From: a virus | Lineage: Duplodnaviria > Caudoviricetes | Reading direction: 5' to 3' (one strand) | DNA: 42,065 nucleotides | IMG/VR virus record: IMGVR_UViG_3300043580_000039 | Span: 1 to 42,065 of that record | Part shown: one piece after another, positions 36,092 to 42,065 of the stretch | How positions within the stretch are numbered: the stretch's first letter is position 1 | Layout: the number at the start of each line of letters is the position of its first letter | Program-made: the position numbers and the translations under genes | Notes under the pieces: model-generated | Told to the model about the DNA's origin: nothing | Databases searched by the model: none | Seen by the model: only the letters and a program-made list of their open reading frames with translations

Positions 36092-36859
36092 ATGGCCGCC
36101 GCCCTTAAGAAAAGATTGAAAATAGTTGTAGGAACTAACAGTTTAACTGAAGCTCAGTATCCTGCTTACACTAATCATTGCCAATTTTGGTTCAGGCTTG
36201 GTAGAAGTTATCCTGATATAGACTTTGTTTTCTCAAATCCGAGTCGAATGTCTATTGATAGAATGCGGAATATGACTGCAAAAACTGCAATAGCTACTGA
36301 TGCAGATTATATTCTTTTCTTGGATGACGATGTTTTGGTAAATCCTAACTATGGGTTGAAACAACTTATCGATTGTAAAGCTGATATTGCAGCAGGTAAA
36401 GTATGTGTAAGAGGTTGGCCTTTTGATTATATGGCTTTCTTAAATGATGGGGAAGGGTTGCAAATTCTAAAGTACATGCCTAAAAAGGGCATGTTGGATG
36501 TAGATGCGGTTGGATTCTCCTTTGCTTTGCTAAAAGTTTCTTTGCTGAGAAGACTTCAGGAGCCTTATTTTATTACAGGTGTGAATCATACTGAAGATAT
36601 TTACTATTGTATTAAAGCTAGGCAGGTGGTCCCAAATTGCACTATCAAGATTAATTGTGAGTGTGAGTGTGGACATATACTGTGGCCTGAAATTATTAAC
36701 GAAGAAAACAGGGAAATCTACATGGAATATTTTAAGAAGATAAATAAAATAACAGAAAAAGCAAAGCCGAATGGCGCTGGTGATAGAGGTTCAGAATATC
36801 TAAAAATGGTAAAAGGACAAACTTATGCTAGTAAAAAAGCAAAAGAAGCGAGAGCTTAG
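36092..36859 (+). CDS. GT-A fold (family 2-like) glycosyltransferase
   Basis: RN...A....DYILFLDDD (DxD), VDAVGFSFAL, EDIYYC, GH; ATG 36092 with AGGAG RBS. Confidence 0.85.
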   Translation: MAAALKKRLKIVVGTNSLTEAQYPAYTNHCQFWFRLGRSYPDIDFVFSNPSRMSIDRMRNMTAKTAIATDADYILFLDDDVLVNPNYGLKQLIDCKADIAAGKVCVRGWPFDYMAFLNDGEGLQILKYMPKKGMLDVDAVGFSFALLKVSLLRRLQEPYFITGVNHTEDIYYCIKARQVVPNCTIKINCECECGHILWPEIINEENREIYMEYFKKINKITEKAKPNGAGDRGSEYLKMVKGQTYASKKAKEARA

Positions 36860-37409
36860 ACTTAACATAGGTTGTGGTAGTAATAAGATATCAGGTTATG
36901 TAAATATAGATGCTGAGAAAACTTGCAAACCTGATATCTTATTAGATATAACTAGGAACTTGTTGCCTTATAAAATAGGTACTGTAGATGAAATCTTGTT
37001 TTTTCACTCTATAGAACATATAAGTAAAGCACTACATAGGCCGGTTTTACTTGAATTTGCCCGTGTTTTAAAGCCTTGTGCTAAATTAATTATTAGTTAC
37101 CCTAACTTCTGGGAATGCGCCAAAAGATGGTTCAAGAATACTAATGGACAACGTACTTTTTGGGAAGCTACACTTTATGGCAGGCAACTTTACCCAGGGG
37201 ATTTTCATGTTTGTGCTATGAATCCTGACGAGTTAACTAGTATGCTTTATGAATGTGGATTCAAAAATGTTAAATCTTTCCCTGAGCCAATAGAAGTTTT
37301 TAATACTGTAACTACGTGTATTAAGAATCCAAATGGACCTATTCCAACTTATGAAACTGTAATAGCTAATGATATGAAAAATATGCTAGTAGTCAAGGGG
37401 GCTGCATAA
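36825..37409 (+). CDS. Class I SAM-dependent methyltransferase
   Basis: LNIGCG motif I, GYVNID, VDEI...H.IEH, RVLKP...L.I..P. Confidence 0.85.
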   Translation: MLVKKQKKRELRLNIGCGSNKISGYVNIDAEKTCKPDILLDITRNLLPYKIGTVDEILFFHSIEHISKALHRPVLLEFARVLKPCAKLIISYPNFWECAKRWFKNTNGQRTFWEATLYGRQLYPGDFHVCAMNPDELTSMLYECGFKNVKSFPEPIEVFNTVTTCIKNPNGPIPTYETVIANDMKNMLVVKGAA

Positions 37410-37410
37410 C

Positions 37411-39291
37411 ATGGGATTGGTAGTTTCACACAAGTTTATTTCACAGAAACCTGACAGTCTGGACTTAACTCTAGTCAATCCAACAAATTGGAATGCACTT
37501 CATGCTGTTGCTGACAATTCTAGAAGTGCTTTTAATATAGATTATCTATTTACACTTACGCCAGGTGGTAATCTTACAGGTGGCATCAGTAATACTGTCA
37601 CTATAAGTCCTGTGCCTGTAGGTATTAATGGTAACGATTCTAAACATGTTGTGTATTTGAGCGGCGGCACCGGGGCAGGGGAGGCTGTTTTAATTACTGG
37701 TGGCAATGCTGTAAGTGGCGCTGCAAGTGGAACTCTTACTTTCACTCCTGCTAACAATCACAGTGGGCTCTGGACTATTACAAGTGCAACAAGTGGAATG
37801 GCAGAGGCTCAGCAATATTTACTTACGAACTTTGGCGGTGGCCAGGTAACTATTGTAACAGGGCAATGGCCTATTTACGGAACTACTTTCTTCCAAGATA
37901 ACATGGTATTTGCAGGTTTTGGAGTTGCTTCTTCTCTAAATCCACAGAGTAATAATGTTATTGTGTTCCAGGGTAATGTGCCTACAAAAGCTACTGTGGA
38001 ATACACACTTAATTCTGATAACATCTTCTTCAGGGACTTTACAATAGATGCTATAGGGCTTGGTAATATACAAAATAACACAGGTGGAATCGTAGGGCTG
38101 AATGCAACTAATTCTATAGAGACTTGGAGTTATGTTAATATCCAAATCAACAACGTAGACTTTAATAATGTATTTAGTGCTGTGACATTCTGTAGAGTTT
38201 ACGGTTTGTCTATACTCAATTGCAGGCTTTGGTTTAATAGCAAGATAGAACTTAGAGATAGCACAACTGCAAATTCTATAGCTTATTTTAATGCCAACAT
38301 AACAATAGATAAACTTTGGTATAACTGGCACCCTATGAATAATCCAGCTGGTGTACAGGTTACAATGACTAATAGTATTATATTATTATTCAATTGTGAG
38401 ACAACTAAGATAACAGATTCTTTCTTTGCGATGCGCGGTGGCACAACTGCTGCACAAGGTTCTGTAGCTATTACTTGTTTAGGTGGAGAAGATTATTATA
38501 TATGCAGATGTGTATTCGTACAAGTGTGGTCTGCTATTGTAATAGGATCTTTCACTGCCGGTGGTCCTATTACACTTTATGCTAGTTTTATTACTATCTC
38601 GGAATGTAGTGTTGATGGTATCTGGGGACCTGGTATTGTAGTAAATCCTGGTACTGGTTCAGGTGCTAATCAGCAGTCTGATCACATACAGATAATTGGT
38701 TGTGAGATAACAGATCTTATTAAGAACCAAGGAGGCTTAGCTTTATTTATTCTGTTAAATTCTTACACACGTCAGGTTCTGATTTCTAATAACGTGTTCA
38801 GAGGTTTATTTGGTTCTACACAGCAAACAGGATTAGATATAAATAGCAATGTTAGTGATATAACTTTCGGGCAGAATCTGTGGGATAACGAGTCTGATTC
38901 TGGTGATGTTAGCGGAATTCACCCTGTTGGGATATCTCTAGATCCCAACTCTTTTAGAGTTTATGGACTAGAGAATAATCTGTTTTCAGCTATAGGGTGG
39001 GGAACTAATGTTTCTGATGCAATGGATATTGTTCCCTCAGTAGCTAATTTATTTGTTGTGTCAAATAGGCGATTTGTAACTGTTACAGGCTCTACTAGTG
39101 TTACAAGTATGATTTATAATGGAATGCCTAATGATATTATCAGGCTCTTGTTTCCAAATGCTATAACTATTGTGAAGGGTGGTAATCTTAAACTTAACAG
39201 TAACTTTGTAACAACAGGAACTGCTACAGGAACTTTAACTCTTATGTGGGATGGTACAAACATGGTAGAACTAGCAAGATCAGCGAACTAG
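37411..39291 (+). CDS. Tailspike with right-handed beta-helix (putative polysaccharide depolymerase)
   Basis: GGG.V.I..G...I entry motif; N/I/S-rich repeats (I.N..F, I..C.I); C-terminal L.WDG..VE domain. Confidence 0.75.
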   Translation: MGLVVSHKFISQKPDSLDLTLVNPTNWNALHAVADNSRSAFNIDYLFTLTPGGNLTGGISNTVTISPVPVGINGNDSKHVVYLSGGTGAGEAVLITGGNAVSGAASGTLTFTPANNHSGLWTITSATSGMAEAQQYLLTNFGGGQVTIVTGQWPIYGTTFFQDNMVFAGFGVASSLNPQSNNVIVFQGNVPTKATVEYTLNSDNIFFRDFTIDAIGLGNIQNNTGGIVGLNATNSIETWSYVNIQINNVDFNNVFSAVTFCRVYGLSILNCRLWFNSKIELRDSTTANSIAYFNANITIDKLWYNWHPMNNPAGVQVTMTNSIILLFNCETTKITDSFFAMRGGTTAAQGSVAITCLGGEDYYICRCVFVQVWSAIVIGSFTAGGPITLYASFITISECSVDGIWGPGIVVNPGTGSGANQQSDHIQIIGCEITDLIKNQGGLALFILLNSYTRQVLISNNVFRGLFGSTQQTGLDINSNVSDITFGQNLWDNESDSGDVSGIHPVGISLDPNSFRVYGLENNLFSAIGWGTNVSDAMDIVPSVANLFVVSNRRFVTVTGSTSVTSMIYNGMPNDIIRLLFPNAITIVKGGNLKLNSNFVTTGTATGTLTLMWDGTNMVELARSAN

Positions 39292-39301
39292 AGAATCTGC
39301 T

Positions 39302-40012
39302 ATGGGAAAAACAAGAGGTCAAGTTAAGGCTGAGATTCAGACTAATCTAACTGATCTCAATCTTAACTTCTACAGTCAAGAGGATCTTAATCAATCTATA
39401 CAAGATGCTTATGATGATATTGTAATTCTCACACAGTGTATCCAGAAACAAGTTACAATTAACTGGATTAGTAACCTAAGCTATTACAATTTCAAGGACA
39501 TGGGTGTTTATGATTACATGGGTGTGATAGCTATTTTTAATAATGTTACAAACTTGTGGCTTCGTGATGATTTAAATTTACGGGACTTTGACAGAATCAG
39601 ACGTGATTGGGAAAACTGGATAGGAACTCCGCAATTTTGGGCTCCAAGTGATCCTAAAAACATAGGGATAGCACCAAAGTATCATGCTGATAATATTAAA
39701 TATGGTGCTTTCGATGCAGGCTCTTTTAACAACCAGGCTTTCTTTATTAACAATAGCTCCCAATTTAGCCTTGGTAACTTTATCCTATACTATTGGGCAG
39801 TGGCTCCTATTTTAACTAGTGATAATGATACTTTCTTGATAGCCTCAGATAAAACCACCGCTTTGACAAGATATTGTACAGCGGATTTACTTGAGCAAGC
39901 ACAGGAATTTAATAAAGCTGGGTCTTTCTGGCCTCTATATAATACAGATGTTCAAGAGTATGCTGATAGAGTTAAGAGAAATTGTAAGTCAGATTTGCTC
40001 TTGAGGATATGA
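39302..40012 (+). CDS. Head-tail adaptor (tail tubular A-like) 1
   Basis: S..DLN..I.DA, W....GTP.F motifs; synteny. Confidence 0.6.
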   Translation: MGKTRGQVKAEIQTNLTDLNLNFYSQEDLNQSIQDAYDDIVILTQCIQKQVTINWISNLSYYNFKDMGVYDYMGVIAIFNNVTNLWLRDDLNLRDFDRIRRDWENWIGTPQFWAPSDPKNIGIAPKYHADNIKYGAFDAGSFNNQAFFINNSSQFSLGNFILYYWAVAPILTSDNDTFLIASDKTTALTRYCTADLLEQAQEFNKAGSFWPLYNTDVQEYADRVKRNCKSDLLLRI

Positions 40013-40015
40013 ATT

Positions 40016-40690
40016 ATGCCACTGTGGACTAGTGAATCAATTGTGAGATTTTCTCAAGAAGGTGAGAATGATTTTGCAGAAGAGTATCCTTGTATCTTGA
40101 CTAGAATGTCACTTCCTGTAGTTAGGAATCAGGCTCTTTATACACTTCCTGATGATGTTCGGTCAATACGTCGAATAACATGGCAAAGTCAAAAGATGGA
40201 CCCACTTGGGCAGCGTAATATGAGAGAAGTATTCTCTTATGCTACTCAAGTAGGAAAACCCTATTGGTATGTTTTTAATAATATAGGTGCTAATAGGCTA
40301 CAGTTTTTTCCTATACCTGATGAAACTATAAATCCAAGTGGTCTAAATCTCTACAGTGATGCTATTAATACTGACGTGATTATAGAATACTTTGTGTTAC
40401 CTAATTATGCTAACTATGTAATTCCACAATACTTCAGGCGCCGGCTTTTAAAAGCATATGTGCTAAAAAGTTGTTTCTCTATTGAGGGGGCCGGTCAGAA
40501 TTTGAAGAATCGTGATTATTTTAATAGCAGGTGGGACGGATTGAAGCAATTATATGGACAATTTCTTGATGAAATTCACAACAAGTCTAGAAAGCTATGT
40601 TTGAATGGAATCACAAGTTCTCAATTTTTCCCTGCTACTCCTGTGTTACCTGTGAGTAGATTTGGTATTGGAATTGATGATGGGTACTAG
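40016..40690 (+). CDS. Head-tail adaptor (tail tubular A-like) 2
   Basis: YTLPDD...I.R, GKP..Y, L.FFPIPD, IP..F...L..YV motifs. Confidence 0.65.
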   Translation: MPLWTSESIVRFSQEGENDFAEEYPCILTRMSLPVVRNQALYTLPDDVRSIRRITWQSQKMDPLGQRNMREVFSYATQVGKPYWYVFNNIGANRLQFFPIPDETINPSGLNLYSDAINTDVIIEYFVLPNYANYVIPQYFRRRLLKAYVLKSCFSIEGAGQNLKNRDYFNSRWDGLKQLYGQFLDEIHNKSRKLCLNGITSSQFFPATPVLPVSRFGIGIDDGY

Positions 40691-40701
40691 GAGATGCTAA
40701 G

Positions 40702-41535
40702 ATGGCAGCAACTAACGAAGCTTACTTTCGAAGATATCTTGTAGATCCAACAAGTATTGATGCTAATACTCCTAAATATGGAGAAATAATAGAAGGGCCA
40801 CCTGGACCACAAGGCCCTATGGGTCCACAAGGAATACCTGGACCAATAGGTTTAACAGGTCCGGCAGGAACACCAGGAATACCAGGAGCTACAGGTTCTC
40901 AAGGACCACAGGGAATCCAAGGTCCCATAGGAAATACTGGTCCTACTGGAAATACAGGTGCCCAAGGTCCTGCTGGAGTTCAAGGTGCAACAGGACTAAC
41001 TGGCCCACAAGGAAATCCTGGAGTTATAAATGTTGTTCAATATCAAGGTATTGTTACAAGTTCTAGACCTAATTTAAATTTTACAACAACTGGTACAGGT
41101 GTTACGGTTACAGATGATAATGTTAATAATAGAACTAACGTATCTATACCTGGACCGGCTTCAGGTTCTAAAAGAAATAGTTCAAGTCCAAGTGGTAACT
41201 TACTTCTGACAACAACTTATCAGGATATCAGCAATCTTTCGCTGACTGCCACTGTTACTGGAGTTTATATTGTTATTGGCGTGATTGATTTTTCTGTCAT
41301 TGGAGCAGGGGATAACGGCCAACTTTTACTCGGTAGATTAAATGCTATTGGAGTTCCACAAACACAACTTATTATTTTTGCAGGGCTTGATACTTCTAGG
41401 GCAACTGTTACTCAAACATGGCTAGTTGGTTTGAATTCAGGTCAAAGTATTACATTACAAGCAAGTAAAGGTGGCGGATCAGGAAGTAGTTTAGCTGGTG
41501 TCCATAGTTCACTTGCAATGATAGCAGTGCTTTAA
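40702..41535 (+). CDS. Collagen-like fibre protein with C-terminal beta-sandwich (BclA/C1q-like)
   Basis: 25 consecutive G-X-Y triplets (40795-41019); LNF.G.GVTVTDD linker; GGAG RBS. Confidence 0.8.
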   Translation: MAATNEAYFRRYLVDPTSIDANTPKYGEIIEGPPGPQGPMGPQGIPGPIGLTGPAGTPGIPGATGSQGPQGIQGPIGNTGPTGNTGAQGPAGVQGATGLTGPQGNPGVINVVQYQGIVTSSRPNLNFTTTGTGVTVTDDNVNNRTNVSIPGPASGSKRNSSSPSGNLLLTTTYQDISNLSLTATVTGVYIVIGVIDFSVIGAGDNGQLLLGRLNAIGVPQTQLIIFAGLDTSRATVTQTWLVGLNSGQSITLQASKGGGSGSSLAGVHSSLAMIAVL

Positions 41536-41548
41536 GAGAGATCTGAAG

Positions 41549-42065
41549 ATGCCGGAAACTTTATTTAACCACGACTTTAGTGCAGGCTGGTGTCCTTCTG
41601 ACGATCAAGTTGATGGGAGGCCAAATGCTTTACTTCAGATGGATAATTTAGAACTTGATAGGAATGGCGCGCTGCAACTTATTCATGGCACGTTAGGAAT
41701 TTGGGGAGGTTTTACTGGCCATGCACATACTATGTTTAGTAGATTTATAAATAATGTACGTTATGATTATAGTGCGCTTGACGACGGATCTGTTTATCGA
41801 AATCCTGTTAGTATTATAACTGGTGGGGATACTACTAATGCTGCTTTTGGAACAGCTTTCAACTTTACACTTATCTGTTCAGGTACTAAAAGATTCAAGG
41901 ATAACGGCACTACTCTAGTAAATTTAGGTGTTCTGCCGCCAACACTAGCTCCTACAATAACACAGAATGTTCTTAATGCGCCTTGGGCTTTAATAGGGAA
42001 CATGCAAACTAATGTGGCTCTTATTACAGGAGCTTACGCTGTTATTAGCTCTAATTATATACAAT
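41549..42065 (+). CDS. 5' part of tail tubular/nozzle protein; joins 1..2646 across the circular junction (total ~1003 aa)
   Basis: ATG at 41549 (MPETLFNHDFSAGW...MDNLELDRNGAL) is open to the contig end and in frame with position 1; the DFSxG...N.....G.L start is typical of podovirus nozzle proteins; missing from the ORF track. Confidence 0.8.
   Translation, partial: MPETLFNHDFSAGWCPSDDQVDGRPNALLQMDNLELDRNGALQLIHGTLGIWGGFTGHAHTMFSRFINNVRYDYSALDDGSVYRNPVSIITGGDTTNAAFGTAFNFTLICSGTKRFKDNGTTLVNLGVLPPTLAPTITQNVLNAPWALIGNMQTNVALITGAYAVISSNYIQ
41915..42065 (+). repeat. Terminal direct repeat, copy 2
   Basis: Matches 1-151 with one mismatch. Confidence 0.95.

Noticed and set aside
36092-37409. GT/MTase as DNA hypermodification enzymes
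   Set aside because: No hydroxymethylase or nucleotide-pathway genes, no DNA-MTase catalytic motif (DPPY/PC), and they lie in the structural operon; not formally excluded
1295-42003. Short antisense or alternate-frame ORFs in the track (e.g. 1295, 2518, 3532, 6099, 8390, 9692, 10001, 10065, 18105, 22888, 24341, 24466, 27338, 30055, 33947, 37936, 41794)
   Set aside because: They overlap well-supported genes, lack RBS or motifs, and are shadow ORFs
41915-42065. 151-bp repeat as a biological direct terminal repeat
   Set aside because: It falls mid-gene and equals a common read length, so it is more likely an assembly overlap
1-42065. Stop-codon reassignment, tRNA genes, integrase/att site
   Set aside because: Core genes are full length in the standard code and use all three stops; no tRNA cloverleaf or recombinase motif was seen

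Overview
The window is an apparently complete, circularly permuted genome of a tailed dsDNA phage. The first 151 nt recur at the end with 1 mismatch, so the unit length is about 41,914 bp. The morphogenesis layout is podovirus-like (P22/T7 style). The rightward arm (about 24.5 kb to the end, then 1-7.8 kb) carries small early genes, terminase, portal, scaffold, major capsid, decoration protein, a GT2 glycosyltransferase plus SAM methyltransferase pair, a beta-helix tailspike, two adaptor paralogues, a collagen fibre, a ~1003-aa tail nozzle split by the contig ends, a needle/fibre, three ejection proteins and a KTSC protein. The leftward arm (23.5 to 7.8 kb) carries many small Zn-binding proteins, a SNF2 helicase, a Cas4-like nuclease, an AAA ATPase, an SSB, a UDG-like/3'-5' exo/family-A DNA polymerase fusion and a DUF3987-like protein. 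I see no integrase, repressor, RNA polymerase, primase, tRNA or recognisable endolysin. The most notable oddities are: a PolA with a degenerate UDG domain and a rewired O-helix in a primase-less module; a candidate virion glycosylation/methylation cassette; a ~150-nt multi-stem intergenic RNA candidate; an insulated CpG-rich early transcription unit in an otherwise CpG-poor genome; and a shared C-terminal motif on two ejection proteins. All protein calls come from motif recognition by eye and synteny, not database searches.
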